64,000 nt of DNA. Source: Epiperipatus broadwayi. Taxonomy: Eukaryota; Animalia; Onychophora. Of the stretch, positions 26,701 through 40,882 are shown piece by piece. Positions within the stretch are counted from its first letter, which is position 1. Each line of letters starts with the position of its first letter. The notes under the pieces were generated by a model, which saw only the letters and a list, made by a program, of their open reading frames with translations, ran no database searches and had not been told where the DNA came from. Where the stretch lies: positions 10,106,001 through 10,170,000 of the forward strand of contig JAQFVV010000002.1 of NCBI GenBank assembly GCA_028023455.1, in the 5' to 3' direction. The translations under genes were made by a program, and so were the position numbers.

Positions 26701-28197
26701 ACTCACCTTATCAATTAAGATTAAGATTTCTGAATTTTTTTTATTGATTATAATAATAGTCTGCCATGCCATGAAATGAAGATATTTGGTATCTTAAGTT
26801 TCCTTAAATTTTGAATGAGAAACTAAAGTGTTTTTTTTTTTAAATAGATTTAATTTTTTAATTTTATTTATTTAGCATTATTTCCACATCTAAACATGTA
26901 TTTACTATAAGGATTCATACATCTGATATGTTAAAAAATTTTTTTAGCCATTCATTTATTTTATATAGGATTATTAGTTATTAAAATTGCCTATTGGTGG
27001 TTTTTTAAAATTTAAATCTCCCATGTTTAATTTTAAATCATTAACTTGTTTCTATGAATGCATTATCTTTGATGAGTTTCAGAATGATCTTTTGTCTGAT
27101 TTTAGTCTATTATAAACATTTCAAAATATAGAACAATTTATAATTTGTTTACTATATTATAACATATTCATCAAAATTAAAGTTAATAACTACTCTTTCT
27201 TATTGTATTGCCAAATGTATATAATATAATATTAAATCATCTATGCACTTTATGAAATGTATTTAAGTTATATGTTCATGTATATTTATATTCATATTTG
27301 TTTTACGTTGTAGTTCTGAAAAAGATTGCTGAGACAATCAAAACTGTAAAGGAGGGTGGTAATTAAAGCATTGTAAAACAGTGATAAAGTGCATAAATGA
27401 TTTAAGTTAATTACAAGTTTAAAATGAAGACTATACATATGTTTTGCTTTTAATAAAACAGTGATATAGTATTTATTTATATATTTTAACAGCAATAGGT
27501 TTTATTCAAAATGATAGATTACATTCTTATGAGGGTATTTATATATTCATATATTGATTTTAAAATTAAAAATATTGTAAGGATGATATTTAATATTTTT
27601 GTGATAATTAGTTTGAATAAGACATTTAAAAGTCATTATTATCATTTTGCTTGTTATCATAAAGTCTAAGAATAAATTAAAATGCTGACTTGTTTATAAC
27701 ACAACAGTATTAATAAAATGAATTTGAGCATGTCAATGTTAACTATGACCTAGATAGTGTATCAATTGAGCAGATAATTCTATAGCCACGAATCCACCTG
27801 AACATCCCTTATTTTTATACTGTTTGCATATATAGATATATATTTGCTTAATCCAATATTTTTTTGATGGACAAAATTGCAATGTACATATTTTAAAGAT
27901 GTCTGCTGCAAATTTAAAAGTTTTTGGAATAACAACAAAAGAAAATACATTGGCATAGCATTCTGAAAATATTTTACTAGAAATTTTTAAATGTTTATTT
28001 AAAGTTATGTGCCTGATATATAATGTAAGTGCCAATGAATAAACAAATAATTTAACAAGGAGTTGAATAATAGCAATTTAGTAAAATGAAACAATTATTT
28101 TATTAAGAAATATGCTAAATCTTTGATCCTTTGTATCTATATTATTACATCCTTAATGCCATCTATTGGAATCATTTTAAAATGTTGATAAACCTTT

Positions 28198-28364
28198 ACT
28201 CTCCATACAGTAATGCCAATCTGTGCCAACCAGAGTAATCAATGGAAGCCAGAAGGCTTGTGCATAACTCCCTCTGGCTGGCACAGGGTGGCACTACTTT
28301 ATGGAAAGTTTTGCCTTGTTTAATAACAATATGTGCTAGTATGAGATAGTGATCACGTGATATT
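28198..28364 (+). mobile_element. Short fold-back copy of family H (variant subfamily)
   Basis: ACTCTCCATACAGTAATGCCAATCTGTGCCAACCAGAG is inverted at CTCTGGCTGGCACAGGGTGGCACTACTTTATGGAAAG. Shares CAGAGTAATCAATGGA and the TGATCA.GTGAT tail. Confidence 0.7.
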
Positions 28365-29599
28365 TATACCACACAGTGCCTACAAATTATTTAATGCTCT
28401 AATGGATAAAATGAATACTTTCAAATAAAAATTACAAAGACAAAAATATTGGATAAACCATTCTTGGAAATTGATTTGTATATATATAGTGATACTTTAT
28501 CTATATGTGTAAATAATTTTAAACTACAAGGATATACAGGATGTTCTGTTGAAAATTTATATTGACTGTTGATAAACTTCATCTTATTTTTGTATTGTAT
28601 TACTTGTTTCATAGCCATTGGATATTTAATGAATTCTATTTGAATTTTATTATAAAAATCTAAAGTGCATTATGACTTTGGATAACAAATATTTTATCAT
28701 TAAATGCAGGTTGTTTAATTTCATTTAAAATTTATTATTATATTTGTATTTAAAAGATTAATTTAATGTATGTTTTGTATTAGAGCAAATATTTGTACAT
28801 ATCCTTAATCTGAGTAAAATTATAATGCTTATTTAGAACTTATTAATAATAATAAAATAGGTTTCATTTGATAACATATTCAGATTTTTCTTAACATCTT
28901 TATGGTGAATAAATCATATAAATAATGTTTTTTATTTAATATGCATCAATACATTTTTTTAACATTATATATTTTAATTTTTGATTTTAAAGAATCTCTA
29001 TCTCTTGGTCATCATACACCATTAGTTTTGTTGATACTTATGTATTAGACTTGCTTTGTCTTTTCATATTTGTATCAATCCACTGATAACTTTCTAATCT
29101 TGTGATCTGACCAAATAACACATACCCTTGGATCTTGTACAAACTTAAAATGATAAATTTGTCAAAACAGACTACATGTACATGATATTTTCAGAAGATT
29201 TACAAAGTTATTGGCAGTTTGAATACATATGCGAAAAAGCTTAGCAGTTGTAATACATGACAGAAATTGCACCAGACTAAATCTAACAATACTAGAAATA
29301 TTAATTTCTAACAATACTAAAAATATGAATTTCACACAAAAATAAATCTGAAAAAGTTTTATGTAATTCCCAAATGTTACTTTAAATATGGACAAAACAA
29401 TCATTAACTTACAAAATGCTTAAAATTTATAGATGTGGTACTTACTGTGAAATATATAATAGGAATTGTCATGATGATGAAACATTCAATTCATCTGTCC
29501 TGCTTTATTTTATATATTGCCTGCACAAAAATATTAAATTAAATTACTACACTTTTATTATTTCTTCAATGTGGCAGACTAATTTTTTTGATGTTGTCC

Positions 29600-30060
29600 A
29601 GTATGATTCATATGAAAATGGTCAGTAACTAGAAAATTGTAAATCAGTAGTTTTATAGGCTTTCCAGCAGTCTGAATACATTGTCGATTCTTCTTTCTCA
29701 ATTTGCAGAGTTGCCACTGTTCTACCATGAATTCTCATGGTGAAACACTCATGATTCTTCCTGTTCCAGAAGAATTCATCCAGCTTAGTTTTTTTCTTTT
29801 TGTGCAAAAGGCTCTTATCAATTTCAGTAATTTTGTTAGGATCTCAAATTTTACATTTTCCTCTGCTAAACCAATCTCTGTTTTCCCCATTTTATGGATG
29901 TTACTTTGGAAGCCCAGCTGTGTCAAAAATGGAAAGACCTATTTTATTATTATATCCTCAAATGTTACAACACTATTTATTGCTTGTCCAAAGCATGGAT
30001 GTATTCGACTGCATCGATCTCAGTAGCAGGTTCAACATTTTGTACTGTTTAAAAAAAGAA
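29600..30060 (-). mobile_element. Merlin / IS1595-like DNA transposase relic
   Basis: ORF 29622-29807 has KLDEFFWNRK..RTVATLQ..STMYSDCWKAY, matching the ISXO2-type DE..RK, R...TL and I.SD.W.AY motifs. Confidence 0.7.
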
Positions 30061-30479
30061 AAAGAAAAAAATTGTAGTCTTAATCAGAAAATTGGAAAAA
30101 ATAAATCAGCACTGAAGTAATAAACACTTTGAAAAGAACTTGTCCAAACTTAATCTGGACAATAAATGAAAGTGTAAATTTATCACAATATTGGATGAGA
30201 TCGGATGAGATCACAGAGTTCATTTGATGGGATCACAAGGTTAGACATTTATCATGAATGTGAAAAGGCATACCATCTCTCCTACATTGCAGGACTAATA
30301 TATAAACACCATTTTTTCACTTCAATTCATAAGCCTTATTAAAAATTTATGTATTTTGTTTAATTTTCTTTATGCAATAGGTTGATATCTTAATTTGGGT
30401 ATAAAATTGATGTTATTCCCATTGCTCCTATTTATACCAGTACAATATATTATAAAAAATAGAAATGCAGATTATTTCC

Positions 30480-31420
30480 ATGTAAACAGAGATTATTTGT
30501 AGTTGCTTTTGATATTGCCAAAAAACTATCAATTACTACTAATTAACCATCCCTGAGACTAAAAAGTTTTTTCTAGCTCTTTTGTTGGTGTTTTTTTTCT
30601 AGAAGTAAAAGAAGGTCCTTTTTATTTTAAACCCAAGTTCTTATATGGATTTAAACCCCAAAAGCTATTTTTATAAGTTTGAGAGTATGAAAGAACATTT
30701 TCTTGACATTCTGCAAACAATATTTTAAACTTCTCCAGATAATTGTATATGTTGAATTAAATATTCCAAAAAAAAAAAAAACTCCAACAAAAAAGATATT
30801 ATAGGTTAATAAGAAAACTTGTTTAGCCTCAGGGATTTTCAATTAGTAGTAATTGATAGTTTCTTGGCAATATCAAAAGTTACAAATTATCTCTGTTTAC
30901 ATAAACATAATCCCCTCATTTCTAATCTTTGTTATTATAATAACAACCTAAAGAAATATTTAATTCAACATATTCAACTCTATGGAGAAGTTTAAAATAT
31001 TGTTTGCAGAATGTCAAGAAAGATATGATTCTTTAATATTCATACACATATAAAAAATAGCTTTCTGTGTTCAAGTCCATAAAATAATTTGATTTGAAGT
31101 AAAAGACCTTCTTTTACATAAAAGAAACTTCAATTAAAGACCTATTATAGATTAATGAGAAAAATTATTTTACCTCAAGGATCGTCAATTAGTATTAATT
31201 GATAATTTCTTGGCAACATCAAAAGCTACAAGTTATCTCTGATTACATGAAAATAATCTTAACAATCTATGAAAATATTTAATTCTATATATACATATAC
31301 AGTATAACGGATGGTCAACTATACCTGGATTTGCACTTGTCCACACACCAAATATAACAGATGGGAAAATAACTTGCAAACTGTAATACTATGCAGATGT
31401 AGCAATCTGGTGTAGGATAA
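30480..31420. mobile_element. Rearranged, partly inverted LINE RT fragments
   Basis: 30480-30575 is inverted at ~30812-30902, with a third direct copy at ~31170-31250. PQGFSIS..KLSLF (30826-30900) and YADVAIW (~31388-31410) resemble RT motifs. Confidence 0.5.
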
Positions 31421-31782
31421 GTTAATATGCCCTAATTTATTGCCCCTAATGACATAATTTGCAGAGACCTACCAGGCTTAGAAGGGGAAAAAGTTGCATC
31501 TAACTATGGTTGGACTTTAGGTCTTCTGGTAGAATGCTAATGAGAACCTGATGAAATGCTTAACCAATGATTACATATGCTTTAATTGACTAACTCTATC
31601 CCTATTTAATAATATTAAATGCAATTTAGGTTAGTTCATCCACTTTTCCCTCTTTTTAATTCCGTTATGCCCTAATATTCAAGCCCAGAGAGAATATTGC
31701 TTTTGACTCCTCTAACAGGTATGAACAGATAAACACAGCAACTCCTGCACCTATATATAGGTTACAACTAGCATTATATTTG

Positions 31783-32280
<498 letters not shown>

Positions 32281-34126
32281 TATATATATGATAGAGGTAG
32301 AAATTAATACTAGCTGATTAGTCAATCATACTGGAAAATATATATACAAGGTTAATCAACAAAATAAAACATATATGTATTCTGTGTCAAGTGTTGCAAT
32401 TTAATCTATAAAAATAAATGCAGAAAATCTTAACTTACTATTTATGTGGATAACCTGATGTAAAGCAGGTGGGTTAACCTAAATTTTATTTACAATGAAA
32501 ATAAAAAAATATCAAAGTGAATAATCCCCCCTTTTCTTCTTTGTTAATTCTGAAAAATGAGGCTTCAGCATCAGAGTGTGAAAATACAACATAGATAACA
32601 AGAATAAAAAATAAATAAACAGAAATTTACAATATTGATTTCTTGATTAAAAATTGTAATTGGAACAAAGTTCATAAAAAATCATCCTAATAGAAGTTGT
32701 TGTTGATAATTAGGCATGTTGTTCTCTAAAAGCAGTTTCACTTAGTAAATCATTTTCCTTAGCAAGGATAGATAGGTACAATGGGATCTCCTGTAGTTGT
32801 GTATGGTAAACACCTTGATTCTTAATTGATTCTCCATTAAATATTTCAATGCTTGTTTACTTTGGACTGCAGACATCCTCTTGTGTGTTTTACAATAAAG
32901 TAGAAAAATAAATAAATAGAGGTTTAATGCAGCTGTTAGGAAATAACATGATGCACAATAGGATGTTTTACTTTAGCCCATATTCATATTAAAGTACATT
33001 TCAATAATTATTTGTAATCATAAATTTATATTGGATAATATAGAAGCACTTTACGTATATATATATATATTAAGAAAATTATTTCATTTTTTTCTTTTTT
33101 TAATTTTCAGCAGATTAATTTTCGTTATTCTTTTTGAAAAGATTTAAAATATTAAAAATTACTACAACTTTCAAAACATGCTTTAATTATTACAAAATTT
33201 ATCAATTATTCTTACTACTTATTTCACTTTCTTTCTTCTGAATTTGGCAGAATATTAGTTACAGCATTTGACTTTTTAAAATGTTTATGATTTAAATAAA
33301 AGAAAAAACAAAACTCCATTGGAGCATTTTAAATTTTAGTTTACACTGCTTTCTATTGTTATAGCTGCTATATTATGACAAGAAGAACGATTTGTAAAAA
33401 GTTTCTGTTTTGTAAAAAGTTTCTGAAACGCTGAGATTTTTAACTGCCTGTTGTTTAAATACATTTAGATTTTTAAATGCCTATTGTTTAAATACATTTC
33501 ATTTATTACAGATAAATAAAGTAATAAAATCAGTTTTATTTTCACACTCGGCCACCTAACTTAACCTCAGGCCATCCTTAAATCCTTTGATTATAAATAT
33601 TCAATTTTAAATTTAAAAAAAAAAATCTATACATTACAGTTTATTAATCCAATAGTATATATATACAATATTACTTTCTAAAATATTGATCGTATTAAAT
33701 TTATCATCAAATAACAATTTATTGTGCATTATATATATATAATAATAACAAACAAATAATCTTTCCATTATTAATACAAATTCCAAATGGATTGGGTTCG
33801 ATAAGTTAGGCTTGATATTTTTAGGAATATTTGCATTGTAAGCTACCCTTTACAACAGTAATCACTCATATTCTGACATTTCAGTTAAGTGAAATTCAAC
33901 AGATATTAAATGAAAATAAACAAAAATTAAATATTAAGAAAAAATATTCACAGTGCATATACAATATGTATACATATATTGTAAAAGTGGTATGAAAAGA
34001 TATAAGCAGATAACTTCACCGTCAGCATGGATCTTTCATTTTACGGAATTAGCATTAACTATTATATATAAAATTCTTGGTATGACCTAATATATGTTAA
34101 AAATTAAATACTACCTAATTCTATAC

Positions 34127-35424
34127 TAGTAATAATAAATAAAATAAAAATTCATATAACTCTACAATACTAGCCAAAAAAACTAAACTTCATTAAAACT
34201 CTTCCACAAACATGGTTTTATTTATTAACAAATAGATCTTTTCAAATGAAATTCAACTAAATATACCACCAATATATACCAAAAAAAATAGATTTCTCAT
34301 CATTCACTTCAAAAGTCAATTTCCTTTAATATCAAATGATGTCTTTATGAGATTGATGGTTTCAGATTCAACATATTTTATCCATCAAATATTTTTTTAC
34401 TTTTTTTTTTTCAATTTATTTTTTTCATAGAAGATAACCTCTGCATTGTCAAATAATATTTTATGACCGCTATTCAGTTCATGAATATACAAAGCTGAGT
34501 TATTATATTTATTTTTAACTCTAGGTCTTATGAGTTTTAACTTTTCATTAAGACTTAATTTACTCTGCCCTATATAAATTTTATAACAACTACAAGCAAT
34601 TTTATAAACTACTCTAGGAATAGATTTACAATCAATTATCTATTTTGAACTATTTAGTAATAAATTTAAATCAAGTCCTTTTTTCCAGGCCACTTTCATA
34701 CCACCCAATAAAAAACTATTCTCATAAATCAAGTTACTAATTGATAACTTATATGTCAAAGAAATAAATTCTTTATTTCTTTGCCATATAAGTCATTAAT
34801 TATTAATTGATTTTAAGAAATTTTTATTGGGTAATAAGAAAATGGCTTGAAAGAAAAGCCTAAATTTAAATTCATTACTAATTGGTTCAAAACAGTTAAT
34901 TGATTACAAATCTATTCTTGGCATGGTATAAAAAAATTCTTTGTAGTTTTCATAAAAATTATATAGGCTAGAGTAAATTAAGTCTTAATGAAAGATTAAA
35001 ATTCATAAGAATAAAGTTAAAAATAAACAGAATAACTGAGCTTTGTATATTAATACAGGTTACAAAATATTATTTGACAATACAGAAGTTATCTTTTAAG
35101 GAAAAAAATGAATTGAAGAGTAAAGAAAACTTTGATAATAAAATATTTTGAATCTGTGGCCATCAATCTCATGAAGACTTGTTGATGTTAAAGGAAGTTG
35201 GGTTTAAAAAGTAATGATGGGAAGCTATTATATATATATATATATATGGTATGTTTATAGCTATTATATATATATATATATATGGTATGTTTAGTTGAAT
35301 TTCACTTGAAAAGTTCTATTTGTTAGTAGATAAAACCCATGGTTGAGGAAGAGTTTTAGTAAAGTTTAGTTTTTTGGCATGTATTGTAGTGTTATATAAA
35401 TTTATATATCTTGAACTATTACTA
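34127..35424. mobile_element. ~1.3-kb imperfect palindrome made of a Penelope-like 3' end
   Basis: Arms of ~640 bp around the apex AAGAAATAAA-TTC-TTTATTTCTT (~34770). The right arm reads LCSFHKNYIG*SKLSLNERLK (GIY-YIG) and is collinear with 63340-63830. Confidence 0.8.
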
Positions 35425-35427
35425 AAA

Positions 35428-36930
35428 AGAGAGATGACATCATGAAATCGGTAGAAGAGTTCTAACAAGAATTATATAGTTATAAAGAACAAATACCTTC
35501 TACAACTTTTATACCTTCTGAATTTCCCAGGATTTTAAATAAAAAAGTCAGACATGCAATTATTATGAAGAAGGGAAAAGCTCCAGGTAATAATGGAATT
35601 GTAATTGAGATTTTAAGAGAAGCAGGTGAAGAAATGTAAAAAAAAATGGCAATGTTATATACCAAATATCTTAATGATAATGATGTACCAGATGATTGAA
35701 AAAATACAGTATTAATATTAATATTTAAAAAAGGTGATAAAGAAGATATTAGATATTACAGGCCTATCAGTCTTTTATCAGTTTTACATAAAAGTTTTAA
35801 TAAGATAATTACAATTTGGCTACAGAGAACTGTGGATTTCAGCCAACCAAAAGAATAAGCTGGATTTACAAGTGGTTTTAGTACAGTGGATCATATCCAA
35901 GTATTGAGAGAAGTTATAGAAAGGACAAATAGATATAAGTTGATTATGAAAAGGTATTTAATTCTATAAGTGTTTTTTCATTGATTAAAGCATTAAATCA
36001 TTAAGCTACAGACCCAAGAAGAATATTTATAAAACTGCAACAGCTACAATTAGATTACATAATGATACTAGGAAGGTTAACATTGAGAAGGGATGACTCT
36101 ATATTTTCAAAACTTTTTGCAGCAATGCTGCCAGAAGTATTTTGTGGATTAAAATGGGAAGCTAAAGAAATAAAAGTAAATGAAGATTATTTAAGACATT
36201 TGGATTTTGCAGATGATGTAGTTCTTTTTACAAATAATGCCTCAGAGCTTCAGGAAATATTGCAATAGTTATCAAATGAAAGTAAGAAAGTAGGTCTAAA
36301 GATAAATGCTAAAAAGACTATAGTGGTGTTCAATGGATCTTCTCAAAAGATTTAAAATAAAAATTGGTTATGATGAGTTATAAGAAGTTAACAATTACAA
36401 ATACTTTGGTCAGATTATTACTACAGATGGAAACATAATGGATGAAATTAATCATAGAATTAATCTTGGTTGTAGTGGTTTTGGTAAAAATAACTTAATA
36501 TTAAAAGGTAATATGCCCATGTGTTTGAAAAGAAAGGTATTTAATAAATGGGTTTTACCAGTTCTTATTTATGGATGTGAAATTTGGACACTCAACAGAA
36601 AGGCAATACAAAGACTTCAGAGCACTCAAAGAAATATGGAGAGATGCATGTTAAGAGTAATAAGAAGAGATTGAAAATGAAATACATGGGTAAAAAAACA
36701 AACAGGTGTTATTTATCTCTTTAAAAGAATTATATGGACAGTTGAATCTTAAACTAGATTCCAGGAGACTTTTAAAGATCCAGAAAGAGGCTACATGTGA
36801 AATGCATAGATGAAGTAATAGTGTGTGTGGAGTTGATGTGGGAAAAAGAGGCTAAAAATCAAAGAATCTGGATTGAACTTGGAGAGACCTTCATCCTGCA
36901 ATGGATTGATAATAGTTGACAATGATGATA
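35428..36930 (+). mobile_element. 5'-truncated, degraded RTE-clade LINE
   Basis: MKKGKAPG, KKGDKED..YRPISLLS, HLDFADDVVL and LKRKVFNKWVLPVLIYGCEIWTL..LQSTQRNMER; ends ETFILQWI followed by a short TGA-rich tail. Confidence 0.9.
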
Positions 36931-37231
36931 TACATTTTTATAATGTATATGTGCTACATGTATATATATATGTGAAAAATAAATACTGCATATGGTATGC
37001 TATAGTTTGCAAATTTCAATATCTGTAGTGAAGTTTGAAATAAAATATTTTAAATATGCAGACTACTGTATGTATATATGTAAATAATAAATAACTCAGA
37101 TTATGTGCAATTGAAAAGAAAATAACTGAAGCTTCCAATGAATTATATATGTATCATTTGTCTTTTGAAGAGTTTATTTATATATATAAATCATGAGAAG
37201 CATCAGTTACTTCCTGATTAATTATATATAC

Positions 37232-37466
37232 ACAAAGGGAGTAAATTACCCTCTCTTGGGCTATAAATTAAAAGCACTCTAAATGTTGAACAAAAGATCA
37301 AGCATAGAAAGAATCTATGTACTCTTGGCAGCATACCTTTGTTAACATTGTTGGTAAGTGTATTCTACTTATTTGTTCAACATTTAGAGTGCTTTTAATT
37401 CATGGCTTGGGAAGATGATTTACTCCCTTTGTTTAAATATCCATTGAGCCATATTTAATTTAATGT
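37232..37466 (+). mobile_element. Small fold-back insertion (~62-bp arms + 34-nt tail)
   Basis: 37232-37294 is inverted at ~37371-37432. TTATATATAC occurs at 37222-37231 and 37467-37476. Confidence 0.55.
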
Positions 37467-37854
37467 TTATATATACGTAATATATTCGTAAAATAGTTTT
37501 TTATTTTATTTATATATATATTCCTTTTGAATAGACTACAAAATACAAGTTTTTCTTTATTTAAAGAGGGATTATGGCTAAAAGAATATAGCTATAGGGT
37601 ATTTTTATATATTGAAGAAACTTTTTATTTTTTTCAAAGTCATTGCAATAAATATTTATTTCTAACATTTTTTCACCATAATTAAATATGCGATCATTCT
37701 AGTCAACTTCCAATATAGATTTTACTGATTCAAGCCACAAATGTTCAAGCTTCAAGAATATTTCTCTAGTTTGAAAATAAGGTTGTTTTATAATAGCATG
37801 TTGAAACCGCCTGAGGGCATGGTTTGTTTGTAAACAAAGATTAATATAATGTTT

Positions 37855-38240
37855 CCGGGGTTGGGTTTTTTTTTTTTGGCTTTGGTTTTTTTGTTTATCA
37901 CATTTATAAAAGTAATATCAAATCAATTTTTTAAACACAACCAAAAAAAAAATGCATAAAAAAATTTAAAAAAAAATGAATTTATATATAAAAGTACTTA
38001 ATTATTTTTTTTATTCTTTTCATTATTTATATTTTTGGGGTCCGGGGGTTTTTTTTTTGGTCTATGTATTTTTTTTTTGTTGTTGTTGTTTTTATCACAT
38101 TTAAAAAGTACGGCGGCTATCAAATCAATTTTGGCAACCCCCCCCCCCAAAAAAAAAAAAATACATCAATTAAAAATGAACTTTAAAAAGTAGTTACCAC
38201 TTTTTTTTTTTTTAATTCTTCTCATTAAAACCTTATATTT
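37855..38240. repeat. Diverged tandem duplication, ~185-bp homopolymer-rich unit x2
   Basis: CCGGGG-T-run-GG..TTTATCACATTT.AAAAGTA..TATCAAATCAATTTT recurs at ~37855 and ~38042. Confidence 0.7.
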
Positions 38241-40787
38241 TCGGTTCGGTATTCTACGACAAAAAAATCAGCCGATTCTTCTTTTTTTTTGTTTGTTTGT
38301 TTTATTTTTATAACTTATAAATAAATCTATTTCCATTTAATGTTAACATTTACAAGCCAAAGTCAAACTTTGGGAGAGGGGGAAAGGGGGGGAAGGGTGT
38401 TTCCAATTGCTAACAGAATGGAACACAAAAAACTCGAAGGTTGACAAAGTTTTGATGGTAATTCTCCAAAACATCAATATATACAGCAATTAAAACCAAC
38501 TTTTTGGGCTCTTCAGGAAAAAAACAGCAGGCATGCAGCTTCAAGTTGTTTTGTTTGATAACCCAGTTCCAGCAGTCAGAGAAGAATTATTTCTTTGACA
38601 TTCGCAAAGTTTCCTATTTCAGCCATTTGATTCAGCTCGCAGTTATTGTCGCACGAAATGTGACTTAGAGCATGATTTGATAGGAATCACACTTAAACCT
38701 ACACTTGTCCAATTTTTTCAGCAGGAAATGGGGGCTAGGGAAGCATGAGACTCTGCTCATAATTGTTAGTAGACCTTCCTAAAACATGGGAGATAGAGGG
38801 GGAGGTGGTCTTAATGAATATTAAAATAGTTTTGACAATCAGAATTCCAGCCACCCTCAGACAATACTGTAGCCAAAAGTGAAATGTGATCGCACATCCA
38901 AAATGTTTAGCCCAAATCTGAGCTGTAAGCTGACACGATAGCTTCTGCGGCAGATTGACAAATCTCATGTTTCTGTGCATTAGCATTGAAATAAACACAG
39001 CAGCCACCCACCCCCCATATCAACGGACTATTTCTAGGCTTACGCATTAGAAATAGAACGTCCAATAGCGGCAGAGGCTGCATAAATGGCATATTTCTGT
39101 GTGCTATCATAGAAAAATGCCCTCCGGCAGTTTCAACATGCTATTGTAAAACAACCGGAAATAATTATCCAATAACTATAAAAAAACTGAGTTTCATAAT
39201 CTTATTCCAATGTATTCTTTTAACAACTTAAGTTCTTTTAATCTTTCTCCATACATAAATTAAAATCTCTGCCATTTAATCATTGACTCCACTAAGTCAT
39301 AAACTCTTAATCTTGATTTCTAAACTATAAGGATTTAGGTAAACAAATTTTTGAATGACTGGATTTATAAAAAGCTATATAACATTCTTGTATCCTCTTC
39401 AGCAATGAATCAATGATAGAATTTTTCAAAAGTTTGATTCTCTTCCAATCAAAGAATACAAAACTCTACCATTTAAGTTTTTTACCCACATAATTTGCAT
39501 TATATTCTTCATGTTGAACAGTTTTAATAAAGAATTTCCAGCTTTGAAGGAGATACACCATTAATGCTGTTTTAATAAAGATTTTACTACTTTTACTAGA
39601 AGTAACTAAAATTAATTAAAACTCATGTTAAAAAAAAACATGATTAGTAAAAAAAATAAATCATGCATCATAGGGGGGAGCAAAGTTCTCTGATAATGTG
39701 ATACATAGACTTTTATAAGTTTATAGTGGGCCATATGTAAAGAAAAGTTTTTCCTTTGCAATATATGAAGTGTTCATAATAGAGGAAAATATTGTGATCA
39801 TGCTGGAAAACAAGTTTCTATTTTCAATGAATTTTATGAAAGAAAGCTTTTAAAATTCATTTCAGGAAATCTTAGGATAATATCCAGCATTGTGTGTGTG
39901 CGTATGTTCATATGTAATAAACTCATAATCAGCTAAGTAGATTAGAGACTAATCATATACTCCAAACATGTATTAGTCAATTAAATAATTTATCATTTTT
40001 ATGGTAAATTTTGAAAAAAAAAATCTTTAATTTGTGCATGGATAATAGTTCACACAGGTAGTTATATTTGCACATCGTCTGTAAATAGTCACTAAGTCAA
40101 TGATTTTATTGACTTATATTTGATTAATTTCATCTGGAAATCTAGAACTACAAATGAGATGATTGAGGTTTAATAAATATATCCTTTGGAGTTACTTTTG
40201 GAAATATTTTTACATTCATATTTTTTTATGGGAATTGAATGAAGATTACACAGAGCAGGAAAGAGAGGCCATTCACTTTGTTAAAGATACCATATTAGAA
40301 TGGTTTTTGAATGAAATATAGAGGTAAACTATATTTGTAAGTAAGAGAGTAGTAAAATTTACATTTTCAAATATGTTTTTAGGATTGAATTTTAAAATTA
40401 ATTTTACTAAGTAAAAAAATTGGAGTGATAAGCTCATGTAGATTACTATTGTAAGCTATATAGGCTGGATGTATAAAGTTGGTTATAAAATACTGTGTAA
40501 TATCACAATCAATTTATGTTCAAATAAGAAATAAAATCATCATCAGTTGTCAGTATATATGTACCATATACATAAAAGAAGAATAGTATATAAAAAGAAT
40601 GAAATTACAGATAATTGATTGAAAATTTTAAATTTCTGATATAATATTTTAATCTTTTATGTGCATATGTCACTTTCTGATGCATTAAAAAAATTAATAA
40701 ATAATTTTTAATATTAATAAAAGTATTATTCAACTTGTCAGGTATATTTTTAATGAACTAATGAAGAGATTTATTTAAATATTTTTA

Positions 40788-40882
40788 AAACAGGCAAAAC
40801 TCACTATATGTATTGCCACACACAGCAAATTAGAGTAATCAATGGATGCCAAAGAAGTGATGATCATGTGATGTTTATTGGC
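40788..40882 (+). mobile_element. Minimal family H copy (inverted arm joined directly to the 3' tail)
   Basis: AAACAGGCAAAACTC..GAGTAATCAATGGATGCCA then TGATCATGTGATGTTTATTGGC. Flanked by TTAAATA(T/C)TTTTA at 40775-40787 and 40883-40895. Confidence 0.75.

Noticed and set aside
39020-39140. H/ACA snoRNA (two hairpins)
   Set aside because: No ANANNA hinge and no correctly placed ACA box.
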